A stretch of 63,217 nucleotides of DNA, counting the filler, from Choristocarpus tenellus KU-1152 (Eukaryota > Protista > Phaeophyceae), in assembly GCA_964200185.2 (NCBI GenBank). It is 5 parts of 5 records of this genome, joined end to end, with 100 filler letters (N's around TTAATTAATTAA, not from the genome) between each part and the next. Parts side by side here need not be neighbours in the genome. Positions count along the whole stretch, not along the records: positions 16,567 to 46,234 come from CAXNAD020000104.1; positions 46,335 to 55,341 come from CAXNAD020004090.1; 3 more parts are not named here. One strand, given 5' to 3'. How positions within the stretch are numbered: the stretch's first letter is position 1; the number at the start of each line of letters is the position of its first letter. Shown here one piece after another: positions 40,901 through 52,654 of this stretch. Under the pieces are notes generated by a model, which saw nothing but the letters and a program-made list of their open reading frames with translations, was not told the DNA's origin and made no database searches. A program made the translations under genes and the position numbers.

Positions 40901-41330
40901 AGAGTACCTCGCCCTCAAACCCCTTCCCCCAACCGTAGGCCTCTCCCATTGGAACGATAGCCGACGCCATATTCCCACGGTCAGCGTAGCTCACTAAAAT
41001 GCTGGCACTTGCGAGAAGCGTAAACATCTTTCTACGGTTCGATTCTCCATCCATATCCTTAATTCCCCCCTTATTTTCACACGTTATTTCTCCACTAGTT
41101 CCACTGTCTGCCTGGCCCCCTTCAAGAGAAGAAATAAGGCTCTCTGCGTTCCGGAGACTTTTCTTGAACCTCCAACCCCTGGAGATTGGACGACATCTTT
41201 CACGTCTCAGGTCGAAGAGCCTGGTCCCAGCCAGGTACAGGGCGGCATGGTTCCTCCCTGTCGCACAAGGGTAGATGGGGTCTTGTGGTAGGCATTGGTA
41301 GCACATGAGGAGGTGTGTATTGGATGTCAT
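34985..41330 (-). CDS. MFS anion:cation symporter (SLC17/PHT4/ANTR-like). Exons ~41330-40869, 40487-40354, 39728-39638, 39012-~38850, ~38345-38195, 37494-37345, 36994-36837, 36205-36135, 35645-35573, 35114-34985; start uncertain
   Basis: Spliced motifs: SYADRGNMASAIVPM...WG...EGEVLSAFFLGYALTQ|LIGGWLADQYGG, R|VGLGLGEGFAFPSVHAMIA, GWESVFYCFG, VWAILSAQF...YGLLSWLPSY, GVSVNHL|DIAPKSAGVVFGAGNTAATMAG, SWEAVFGL. These are typical of the anion:cation symporter family. Confidence 0.88.
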
Positions 41331-41797
41331 AGTATAGCCTACCAATAATCACAACGTCAGAAATCGAGATAAGACCAAAGTCACGTTGTACAATGTGTTA
41401 GCCTTCCCATGATCGGGCAAGGTCTCTCTCCTTTTACCTGAAGTATTGTCGACCACTTTGCCGCCAGGTGTTCTTGGATAGTTCCTCTCCAACCATGTTC
41501 CAGTATGTTTGTCAGTTATCCGTGCCTGTTTGGTGCCACATCCATACAGGAATTGCGCAAGTTTTGTATGCGAGGAGTGGACTTGGTGCCGAACCTTAAT
41601 GTTGTCCTAGAAACAGGAAGGTGGTTGGTAGAGTATTTGGACTAGACATGTAAGACTAAAAATGATCCTATTTAAACAAGTCCACAAAATTTCACCTGGA
41701 AGGCAGAAGTACAACGAAGGAGCACAGAGTGATAGATAAATACGCACAGGGTAAGAAGATGGCATCCTGAGCGGTTGGACCCTTTCATTGGTATTGG

Positions 41798-41798
<1 letters not shown>

Positions 41799-41829
<31 letters not shown>

Positions 41830-41830
41830 G
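41799..41830. repeat. (TTG)n microsatellite
   Basis: Direct reading. Confidence 0.95.
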
Positions 41831-42729
41831 AGGAAGATGTAAATAGTGGAACTATAAAACACAACAAAAACATATATATATGAAATGAGGATTGAGGTGA
41901 ACATATACTTCATATAATCTGGTCGGCCACCCTACCCTCCTTAGGTTCCTAGCCTCGCCTGGGTGACATCCGTCTTCCTTCCTTCTACCTGCTGCCACTC
42001 ACCCCACGCCCTCAAGTTGCAACACAACCTACACCTCACAGACTTAACACTCGGCACATGCCATTAACCCTAAAACCACCGCACCCTACAGCCACCACGA
42101 CCCTCTCTGCAGCTAATCCCACAAAACCTACCCGCCACCCTACCAACCACCACCGCCATTTCACCTGGGCCACCCCAACACCCTACCACCCTACCCCACA
42201 GAAAAATCCTATTGTAGTCACTGTCAACAACCGTCACCCCTCCTGCCCTAAATGCAATACCAACATTGTCCATATTTTTTTCCTTCATGTATATCCACCA
42301 ATCAGACCCTTCGCTGGCCAACATTTCCTTCTTCTAGGTGGCTGTCAAGTCATACCTCCTACCCACCCCTCCCTCCCCTCAAACACCCGAAGTCAGCAAA
42401 CACAGGGACAATTCAAGAGGGTGAGGAATGTGTACCCCAAGAAGGCGAGAGGGAGATCAGCTAGGACAACAGGTGTGGAATTAACAAGCACAGGGTTTCA
42501 GGGTGGCAAAAGGGGCTAGGGACAGGGTGCATAGAGCCCCCCTCCGACAGGTGGAAGCCCAGGCCACCTATCCACTACCCAGTGGAGTATTCACACCCCA
42601 ACATCATAGCGGTTCTTGATGAAATCCCTATTATGGATCCTGTGGAGGTAAGTTTTTGGAGCGTGCCTGTAACAAAAACAATGAAAAGCCAATTCAAATG
42701 TCGAAAAAATCCCTAAAAAGTGACAGTTG

Positions 42730-43460
42730 TCATAAATGTGAAAAACATGAAACTATTTACTATTTTACTACCAACTATGCTGTACCACTATCTTCCTGTC
42801 TGTGCCTCCAACCTAGCTATTCTTGCACCCCAGGGTGAGGAGCTAGGGAAGCATCCCAAGAATCCAATAAACCCCTCCATGCCCATCTCCCTGGTGTCTC
42901 CAGCTTAAAACGTACGACACGTCTAGACAGGGCCACCTGTGTTGTACCAGAGACTATTTGTTGTAGGTGAGATTTGACCGCCCCTTTCCTGTTTTAGCCT
43001 CCAGTTCCTCTCCCCCCTACCACATGTGTAGCAAACTCATTCAGGAAACTTTCTGCTTGCTTGCCGAGGTGCCCAAACCTTTCCACTGCAAAGTTGTTGA
43101 AATAATAACTACAAGGATCAAAAGACCCTTTGTAGTGGGTGCGCTTTTGTAGCTCAGCTGCAGCAGCAGGTACACCATTATTTGTGGTGAATGAGTGTAG
43201 CAGATGAAATGTTGCCTGCACTTCAGCAATGGTAACGTCCAGGAGGAGGCCTTTGTCTCTGTAGGGAGCTGAACTGGCGTCCACGAGTGCACCAGCATGG
43301 AAGACCAGATCCATGCGGACATTCCTGTCTACAGTGAATGGGCTGCCGTCCTCCATAGTGCAAGGGATGCTCATTCCTTTGCATAGTTGCCCCAGACGCT
43401 TGACCATTGGCGTGTGTTGGCAAAGTCCTAGTTTTTGTAGCTGCTTAAAGAGGTACACCT
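42730..43460 (-). mobile_element. CRE/R2-type (RLE) non-LTR retrotransposon, 3' fragment: restriction-like endonuclease, ORF end and 3' UTR
   Basis: RMDLVF...GLLLDVTI...AAAAELQKRTHY...F..FAVERFGHLGKQAESFL..., then QQIVSGTTQVALSRRVVRFKLETPGRWAWRGLLDSWDASLAP. This matches the R-x-D...D-V-T...K..Y...E.FG RLE layout. Confidence 0.8.
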
Positions 43461-44334
43461 ACAACACTGCTCGCAGTCTCCTGCATTAACACTCCTACAA
43501 ATCCTGCACCATCTGACTACCGAGATCAATTAACATATATTTTACTGCTGACCTTTCATGCGTTCATTGTCCTCATAATGTCTTGTACGTATGTGACCCT
43601 GACCAACAGGCCAAAATATGAAAAACCATACAGTAGGATACGAATTTTTGTTCTAAAATAGTAAGGGTGTAACAAAAGGTGAGCAATGAGTATATAGAGT
43701 GCGTCATGATGTCGCTGAGTTTCGTACTCCCTGTCCCATAAGTCTGGGCCGTTAAGTTGTAGCTCTTCGGGATGACCTTCAAGTACAAAACGAACTTTAG
43801 CGTTGGAATCCTTAGAATATCTTACATTAAAAAACTAAAATTTCTAGGTAGCTCCAATTCACAGATTAACAAACATCAGCTCAGCAGAACAGGGGTACTC
43901 TCAATGAATCAATTAGCACAAGACAATGTATGTTCTTCGATATCAGTAAGAGTGTTTAAGTAGGGTCTCTAGGTCAGAAGAACTGAGCTGTTTGGAGCCG
44001 TTTTTAGGATCTCTTATCATCATATATCGTTGGGGCTTCTTTAACAGCCAAATTTATCCCAGTCAATTTTGGGTCAAGCCCATCCTCAATGAAAAGCTCC
44101 ATCCTCAATTTTTGAAATCGGCTGTTCTTTGGTTTACAGACATCATTGATTGGAATATATCTGAGAACCTTTGCGACCTTTCCGTCTGGGAACCATTGCC
44201 ACTTTCCCGAGTTAACAGATTTTATTCTGCAACTTTTTAGTAAATCGGACTTCCCCCTTTTGGGGTTCCCCACGCGCGTACACTGCTCGCGCCGGTTAAA
44301 GCGCGGGAAGAAATACTCGCGCTATTTGCCTGTA

Positions 44335-45010
44335 ACATTTTTTCCCCTGACACACCTGGAAAATGTTAGAGGGCATAATAATAGAATAGGATGGGGTATA
44401 CTTCCTACTTACGCCTCTTCACTCTAGTGAATTTCTCTATGTTGTGGATGTAAACAAAGCTGCAAAGAACTTTTGAGGAGGAATGGAACGTCATTTTTTC
44501 ATACATTTTTTACAAAGCATTTTTGTCTGTTATTATACTGTTCGTGCTGTGTGCCATATTATAACGTTATACCGATTAAGGTTTTCTTGTCAGGATTTTA
44601 GATTCCAGTGGAGAATTTTCCAAATAATCGAGGTGGGGAATTTTATACAAGAAACCAATCCTGCAAGTTACACATCCGTGCATCCAGAGATGTGCATCAC
44701 TTGGGGGATTTTATGATGATTCCCCTCTCATAAGATTCTCATCACTCCACAATTTTTCTGGAAGTCTTTGCAGTCTTGCACTTGTCCAACCTTAACCTCG
44801 TCCTCTTCTTGGTTACGGTTCGTCTCGGTCCGTCTTGTCCTGTGATTCTCTTTGTCACCCTTATTATGCCCTCTAACATTTTACAGTCGTCCCAGGGGAA
44901 ACACTAATGAAAACTATTCACATATCTCAAAAATCCCTAAAGAAGTAACAAAGTAAAAAATGTGAATCTATTTCCTATTTTACTACCATCTATGTTGCAC
45001 TACTGCCTTC
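44335..45010. repeat. Cluster of short LINE 3'-end fragments in opposite orientations (44335-44382 +, 44520-44592 -, 44861-45010 -)
   Basis: tttcccctg...aaaatgttagagggcataataa at 44341-44381 and its reverse complement at 44861-44901. Confidence 0.6.
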
Positions 45011-45099
45011 CTCTCCCAAACCTATTCTTGAACGCTATTATTGTCAACTGTAACAAGAATCCTTCCTTATTTTTATAAAACCTACATCAAAGAATGTAA

Positions 45100-46234
45100 G
45101 AACTGGGCCATCAACCCATGCCCTCGGAACTGGAGCTTCTCTCTACAGCGGAAATCAACCTAGGCTCCGAACCCCAATGGGTTTGTCATTCTAGGGGCTC
45201 CGGGGGGAACAGATGATTTTATTCAAGCACATATATATGGTGGAGGTGATTGAGAGTTCTGGGACACGAGCTTTGGCCACACACCTCAGCGAGATGGAGG
45301 ACAAGCAGGTGGCCTGGGTCCTCAACTCCTGGTCTCTCTCATCCCGGCTAGGCTATCTAGTGAGGGTCACTCCCCCCCTCCTGGCATGCTCCAGCATGTA
45401 GCAAGCGGATAACACCTCATTATGGACACTAGAGAGGATAATGGAGGTAGCTGACTCGACAGAGGCAACGGATTTCTTCGAGGGAGGGTGTAACAATGGG
45501 TCTCTTCGCCTAGAGACTCATGAACAAGTATACAGGCACAAATGCCCTCAAGCGCGGGGGGTCTGGTCCTCTCCTCTATGAAACACCACCAACACGCGGC
45601 TTTTGTAGGATCACTGGTGGCTACTCTCCCCACCCTCCTAGCAAGGCAGCAAGGGCCTTATGGCGAGTGGCTCAAAATATCTGGGGGGGGTGGCGGCTGT
45701 CCATTTGGGGTCAATTTTTCATGTCACGATTTTTGGGTGATTTGGTTTCATATGTTGGATGGATAATGAAAGTGTACTTTTCCTGGTTTAGTCCAAATGG
45801 ACATTCTGGTGTAGACCCCTCCCCCCACCAGATACTTTGGGTCCGAGTCCTTCTGCTGTTTGCATGAGCCCCACAGTACAGGCTTTAGGATTGTCCATCC
45901 ACATCCTCCGTTCTACAGGTATCTCTTCAGAAGACCTTGCCGAAATCATTGGCCAAGACTGGGTAACCTGGGGGGGAACAACATCCCCTGTACCTGCCCC
46001 AGAGATACATATTCTACCTGCCCCATGACACCAGGATTACAAGGAGGGCTCGACACGAGATCACACGCCTCCTCAACAAGATCCGTTTTGACTCCCTCAG
46101 GACACAACTGGCCCGCCTTCCAAATGAGGTACACCAAGGGAGGGAAAGCTCCCCATTGGCGCTAGCACTCCACTAGAGCCAGTGTGGACAAGGGGCAAAC
46201 GCGTGGGCCTCAACTCAACCTCTGGATTCAGCAT
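45100..46234 (+). mobile_element. CRE-like non-LTR retrotransposon RT C-terminal/thumb fragment, interrupted by a MITE
   Basis: GFVILGAPGG, SRLGYLVRVTPP and QAQMPSSAGGL...HAAFVGS are motifs that follow the RT in CRE-like RLE LINEs. Stops and frameshifts are present. Confidence 0.65.
45669..45843. mobile_element. MITE family A (175 bp, reversed), inside the LINE RT fragment
   Basis: Homologous to 25226-25401; TSD cgagt/cgagt. Confidence 0.88.
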
Positions 46235-46334
46235 NNNNNNNNNNNNNNNNNNNNNNNNNNNNNNNNNNNNNNNNNNNNTTAATTAATTAANNNNNNNNNN
46301 NNNNNNNNNNNNNNNNNNNNNNNNNNNNNNNNNN
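46235..46334. other. Artificial assembly linker
   Basis: Same construct. Confidence 0.97.
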
Positions 46335-46394
46335 CCCCCCTCCAAGATACTTTGGGTCTCACAAACCACCCCCCCACCCAAGATACTCTGACCC
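46335..46394. mobile_element. Two tandem right ends of A-related MITEs (probable nesting)
   Basis: cccccctccaagatactttgggtc followed by ccccccacccaagatactctgaccc. Confidence 0.6.
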
Positions 46395-47209
46395 TCATGA
46401 TTGGTGTGTTCCCGTCGGCGGAAACTTATTTTGCTGTGGAAGCAGAGAAAGAGAATTTATGATGATGGGAAAGGAGCTTCAGATAGTGAGACTGGAAGAG
46501 TGTCCACGTCATACAACCGTATAACAGAACCTCAAGTACTTCAGCTTGAACTATTTGAATATTGACCTCAAGTGAAATACCTGAGGTCCTGTGTCCTGTT
46601 ATAAAAGCACTTGGCCGTATTTACTAAAACAACTTCAACCTTTCTGAATCCTCGGATTGATCTCAGCAGTATTAATAGCAGCATTGTCACTAACGCTTCC
46701 CCCAAAGTGATTAAACTTATTCATCTACTTATAGTTCTGATCGAGTGCCTGGATTTTTTCATGGTTTCAGCATCCTGATTAAGAGGGTGAAAACACAATT
46801 GCCTCCGTCTTCAATGCCGATGCAGTCAGACCAAATGATTTTGGCAACCTTCACAAGAAGAACTGCGTGCAGCGAAGATGTTTGAAGAGGATCGGGGAAA
46901 TTGTATGCTAGGGTAGCTAACAAATATGGAATTTACCGACAAGTCAATTTCCACGAACAAGAAATCCCCCAAAATAATGAGACCTGTAAAAAATGTGCTA
47001 TCTGAACCGTACAGGGTGTGAGAATATTGAGGCAATAGGGAGCAATTGAAGGCTCCTATATAATGGATCAGTTGCTCGCATGGAGGATGAGCAGATACCT
47101 AAGGTATTGATGGTTGGGAAGCTTGGCAATGGAAAACGGGAGGAAGGTGGACAGGAGAAGAATCGGAGTTGAGGGTTAGAGCATGAAGGTCACTACTAAC
47201 CAGCAGGAG

Positions 47210-47455
47210 AGTCAACATTTTAAGGACTCGAAGAAAGGGCAATAATATCCTATTTTGTACAATTTCGGAAAGACCCTTTACTGTGAGCTGTGGCATCATC
47301 ACTCTTTGTGCGGAAGTGGGGAAGTGGGGGGTATCAACTTTGCGTACAATGATGTCCACATAAGCAATGTGACGTAGTACATTGTACAGGGTTGAGAAAG
47401 ATTGCTTAGAATGTGAAAGGATCCAAACTTGCCTACCTCTCAGTTGATTTGGCTC
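47210..47455. mobile_element. MITE family D, left TIR decayed
   Basis: cattttaaggac...tttgcgtacaa...cctacctctcagttgatttggctc is colinear with 8140-8363. Confidence 0.7.
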
Positions 47456-49395
47456 AGGAGTAGTAGTATGAGTGTGGCTAACTACACAACAAGGTTCATG
47501 ACTGAATGGTATTTAAAAGGAAGCTGTGGTAGCCAACAATGTCATACCAAGTAATGACTTTCTAAGGATAGCCCAGCTACCAAGACCATTCCTATCACTG
47601 ACTTGGTACTGAATGCAGTTTTCTTTGTGGAGTTATTCTCTTCCATCCCTCGGTCATTTCTTGCTTCTATTGCGGAGAGCAGGTCTGAGGGACATTTCAG
47701 GTGAGACATCTCCGTTTTGCCGGGTCATAGAGACATATGCCGTACCACATCTCAGATTGAGAGTTTCAACGAGGATTATTTACAGTCAGTCGCACCTATT
47801 CTCTGGTTGAGAATATTGCTGGCAATCCTCTGATTTACTGATGTTTATCACTCATAGACTCTTCGTCCAGCTTTTGTCAGAATCTGTATAAAATCCTGAT
47901 CCCGTGAAAATAAGTGTATTTATTCACCAGAATAAGATCTGAAGAGGAGATAGAAAAACGTTACGCATAATATGGGTAAAAATCAAAACCTAGTAGTTAA
48001 GGACTGTTAGAATTATGATGGCTTCTTACTTTCCATTTATCAGCAGAATCTCCATGGATTCTTTGTCTGTCTCAGATCTTCTTGAGTGATAATGATCTTT
48101 TGATATCCTCTTGAGTGATTCTTGTTTCTTTGAGGTCATCACGAACAACTCTTATTTGTTGAACCTTCCTGTGAACTCTTCAACTCAAGCGTTAAATCAA
48201 GAGGCAAACTTGACCTGGATCTGTTCTATTTCCTTTCTGTTCGAGTTTGCTTGGGTGTACATTCTTCGTCCAGTTGGACGCACTACTATATTGAGATTGC
48301 CTTGACGAATCAGGTTGGTAGATTCCAATCTCTTCTACAGCTTGATCTTGTACCTATCCATCTCATCACTGACCATCAGCACAATCAATCTTAAGTGGGT
48401 TACCACCACATTCAAAGATGTCACCGACTGATTCTCTTCCCAATATGTTTTTTGGTTTGTGGCGTTATTCTCTTTTGACTATTGTTCCTTTTCATATATT
48501 TTATTTTCTGATCTTTTTCTTTCTCTGAATTATTTTTCTTTTATGGCCTTTGTGACGTGGAGTAGTAGATATAATAATAATACCTTTCTTGCCCCTACCT
48601 ACCTTTTCTATCAATCTTCTTAAACCAGTCATGCTAATGTCATGATAATATCATCACTCGTTTAAATTTGTCAGTCCCAAAACTATTTTAAGTCTGTCAA
48701 ATGTCGAAGGTAGGGAAGAAACTACATCATTGCTGTTATCGTGGACGATGTGGAAGGTCATGTTTCCTCATTTTTGGTGGGCGATGTTCTTGTGTCCTGT
48801 GCTAACACCAAGGCTGTGGGGCGCAAAAGGAGAGGAGGGGCAAAATGATGTACCAAGGGTTTTTAGGGTCTTGATTCTGAAGACAGACCGGTCAGGTTCT
48901 TCACTATTGGGAAATAGGCTCAATCAGCTTAGGGGAGACACCTTGTGTCCTATGGTGGGCGAATTGCCGCTCATAGAGGATGCTTCCATTCGTAGTAACA
49001 TTACAACTTCCAAGAAGTGGATAACGCCAGAGTTTTTGGACCATCATTACGGCGTCGAGGTGAGCTACCTTACTGTATCCTATCCCCGTAAAACTCCACT
49101 TGTAGAAGTGGAGTGGTTGATGTTGGAAAATGTCAGAGTCGCAGTTGCATAGCCTCCTACCGACCGTGCACTATCGACTAATATCGCGCTAACCATCTTG
49201 TACAACGTATCATTCCATGTAAGGAAACCGTGGCGACACAACTGGATCATTTCAAGAGGTTGATGGGCTTTTTTCCTGAATGCATCGAGCAAAAAATGGG
49301 TAAGATCGGTGCACCACTTGCGCGAACAAACCTGTGATTCTGAGTTCTCCGTAAACTCTTTTCTTGAGTTCATGAGTCTTTCAGGCGTAGTCCCC

Positions 49396-49738
49396 ATCCT
49401 ACGAGTATCTTACGAAGACATCGCCATGGTATTGACGGCATATCACGCCAAAATGGCTCCTTTTGGTAGGGAACAGCAGGATTTGACGTAGCTTCAAACT
49501 CGACCATGCGGACATTGTTCCATGCATAGCCGATAATACTTAAAGGTTGGGCAAAAAGGATTGGGTATCCTACGAGTATCTTAAGAAAACATAGGCGTGG
49601 TATTGACAGCGTATCATATCAAAATTGCTTGTTTTGCAGTGAACAGCAGGATTTGAGTTGGTCTCAAGACTCGACCATGCCGACGTTGTTCCATATATAG
49701 TAGATAATACTTGAAAGGCCGAACAAAAAGTTTTGGGT
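49396..49738. repeat. Diverged tandem duplication, unit ~171 bp
   Basis: atcctacgagtatctta...gaacagcaggatttga...actcgaccatgc...gataatactt starts at both 49396 and 49567. Confidence 0.85.
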
Positions 49739-52169
49739 CAACCTAGCCACACCAGGGACAAGTACTGATTATTTTCAACAACCCAAACTCCATTACGAAA
49801 CCAGATACATAAACTACCTTGCTATTCTTGGATCAATATGCAAGTGTCAGGTCTTACGCCAATGTCCAGTGTTTGTCAAGTCCCCTGTGACTGCCATGCA
49901 TTTGCACAAATCAGGTAGCCATCCACATAATTGTTGTGGGTAGTACAGAGATTATATGTTGTCTCATTTTCAATATCAGGAGGCCGAGAGCATGACAGGA
50001 TGAGGTAGTCCACCAACATACCCTTCCCAATATAGTTCCAGGAACAATTGCTTGAGATTTTAATGGAGTATCATGACGGGTACCTCTCAAACACTATTCT
50101 CTCTGCCTGAGCAAAGAGACATGGCACCAACATGTAACCTCCTCTACCCTGAATTCTCCTTTCACCATAGTAGTATCTCACTTTTTGTGCTAACCTTCAG
50201 GGCCCCAACAAGGGAGGAGGGAGGAGAAATGTAGCAGGCCTGCTGTGAGGTGTCGTAGTGGGACAACATTCTATGGTACTACTCTCAGCCCCACCAAGGA
50301 CAAGGACAAAGAGGGGAGGGTTTCTTTCCTCAACAGTGTGCACGACTTCTTGGCAGGAATGTCATCATTAGATCGACCGCTGGTGTGGGTCCATCTGCGA
50401 GCCAATTTAGTTCGCCAGGCAATATCAGCCCTCAAAGTGCAATATTTAAAGGCAAACAATGTGAGTTACCAAGTCCTCCGAATAACATGAGTAGTGCTGG
50501 GTATCCAACCTTTGAGAGGAATCAACAGATCAATGCAGAAGTAGGGTCTAGATTCTGAGACTTTTAAGTCCAGAATTTCTAGGGTGGTTTCTGAGACCAC
50601 TTGTGAAGAGGCTGAGTATTATTACATTATACAACCTCACCAAAATATATCGTACAAGTTCTAGTTTGGGGTCTTAAGGGAGTACTCTCTTCACTACTCC
50701 TATGTTCAGTGCGTGACCAGGTGCACGTTTAGCTCCCTGATGTAGAACATGTAAACCTCAAATTTCTGCTCTCCCCCAGTCTGCACTGTTGTGTCCAATG
50801 GCAATGTATCTGATTTGAAACAGTTGCATGAGTAAATTTGACCTGGAAAGGGCTTGAAAAGAGTCTATTTTTAATCCTTCGACTGAGCCGACCAAAAAGA
50901 TAATCAAAACATTCAGGTGGATGTACAGTTAGTAACAAAACCGAACCAAAATGAGCCATGGTTTGTTCTTTCAGATTTTTTAGGGGGGTTGCATTATTTT
51001 ATGTTCTCTATGATATCATTACAAATACAAAATGGAGGTGAAAAAAATTATAATCATCTTGATCTCAAGGTTCGCTTGATCCCATCGTGTTATTGATGGG
51101 ATTGTATGATAGAGCACACATACACATACTTATACCTTAAATGTGTTAGGAAACATATGTGTGCAAAAAAAGGGACAGCCAAAACCAGAGCACTAATGCA
51201 GGGTGTGCATATCTTTGTAACATTCAAACCTAAAGCGAAGCAGCTTCCAAGCGCTGCAGGGTGTTGGAGAGTGAACCTGAGGTTCTGCAAATCACTACCA
51301 GGCCTACCATTTATTTCTGAACTGATCGTACGCAAACATGTTCTACGTTCTTTCTGTTGCAAACCGTACCCTTGATTTATAATTCTAACCGAAAACTGTC
51401 TCATTAGTCATTTGGTTAACTCACTTCTCTGAGCAATGTATTGGTTCATTTCACTCATCTAGATATCACAAGACAAGTAAATCCCCCCCCCGTGTAATGA
51501 ACCCCTCCTATGGTACAGTGCAAAGTGATCTTGTGTGTGTGCTGTCTGCCCCACAAACAAATCATTGGTACATCTTTGGTGCTATGTGAATGTTTTGCCC
51601 TCTTATCTTCTCTCATGACCTTTGCTAAAAATGAGCCCAGAGCACTGGGCACACCTAGATGATATTATTTTCTCATAACAAGAATCAAAGAGAACCAGCT
51701 GTCTATTCATCATTTTGACATCGGGCTAATGCAACACACCTTTCCTGTTTGCAGATATGCCCTAAACAGCATCAATTTCACATTGACCCCATCCAATGTC
51801 CAAGAGTGAACGACCCTATATATGTGACCCCAGACGCATTAGCCAAGTTTGAAGATTCGATGACCAAGAGATCAAAAAGGTGCAGAGTCCAGTTCAAGCA
51901 AAATTTTTGCGTTCCCACATGCATACATTATCCAATGTGATTCCTGCTTGCTCTGAGGTAATTTTTGTCTTCTCTAGAGTTTAGTCTCTCCATTTGTTCA
52001 TGTGACCTACCCTATCTTGATATTGCCTTTTATTTCTGTGCCACACAAGAAAGGTGGAGATTCCAACCAAGAATTAAGATCTGCACACCTTAGCCAAAAT
52101 TATGGATGTCACTCATCAGAACCTTCCTTCATTTGATGGGTCAACACATTGATTTTAAATGATTTCTCA

Positions 52170-52421
52170 GAGTGAAAGTATCGTAGAGGGTACGAGTTTT
52201 GCCCTGTTTTTCCATTTGGGGCTTGGCTTCCCATGGGTTTTTTTATTATTTTTTCCTACTCCAAAATGTTTTGGAGTAGGTAAGATGTATACTTTATGAA
52301 AAGGTGTTATGAAAAGGTGTGTCCAGAACAAGGATATTGACACTTCCTAACAAAAACGATAGCCAAAATTACATCAAAATCTTAACATTGCATTTTGACC
52401 CCCAACTGGATGCAACTCTAC
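52170..52421. mobile_element. MITE family B, right TIR lost
   Basis: gagtgaaagtatcgtagagggtacgagttttgccc... is homologous to 61064-61318. Confidence 0.8.
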
Positions 52422-52497
52422 TTTTCTCCTGGTGGTGCAAAGCCTCACTCAAAAGACAGTACTAGAGTTGGACAGAATAAATATGTAAGAAATATCT

Positions 52498-52654
52498 GAC
52501 TTGAAGTATCTGGGGGGGGGGTGACAGCTGTCTATTCGGAGCTCTTCTTTCCATGTCGCGATCTTTTGGGTGATTTGGTTGCATGTGTCGGATCGATAAC
52601 GTAAGTACACTTTTCCTGGTCAGGGCCCAAATTGACACCCTGGTGTAGACCCTC
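52498..52654. mobile_element. MITE family A, one end lost
   Basis: gacttgaagtatctgggggggg...cttttcctgg...ccctggtgtagaccc is homologous to 45669-45820. Confidence 0.75.

Noticed and set aside
206-41330. MITEs acting as introners
   Set aside because: No reconstructed intron boundary coincides with a MITE end, and the introns do not resemble each other.
44341-44901. Inverted repeat pair as the TIRs of one element
   Set aside because: Both arms are the same LINE 3' tail seen singly elsewhere; two opposed insertions explain it.
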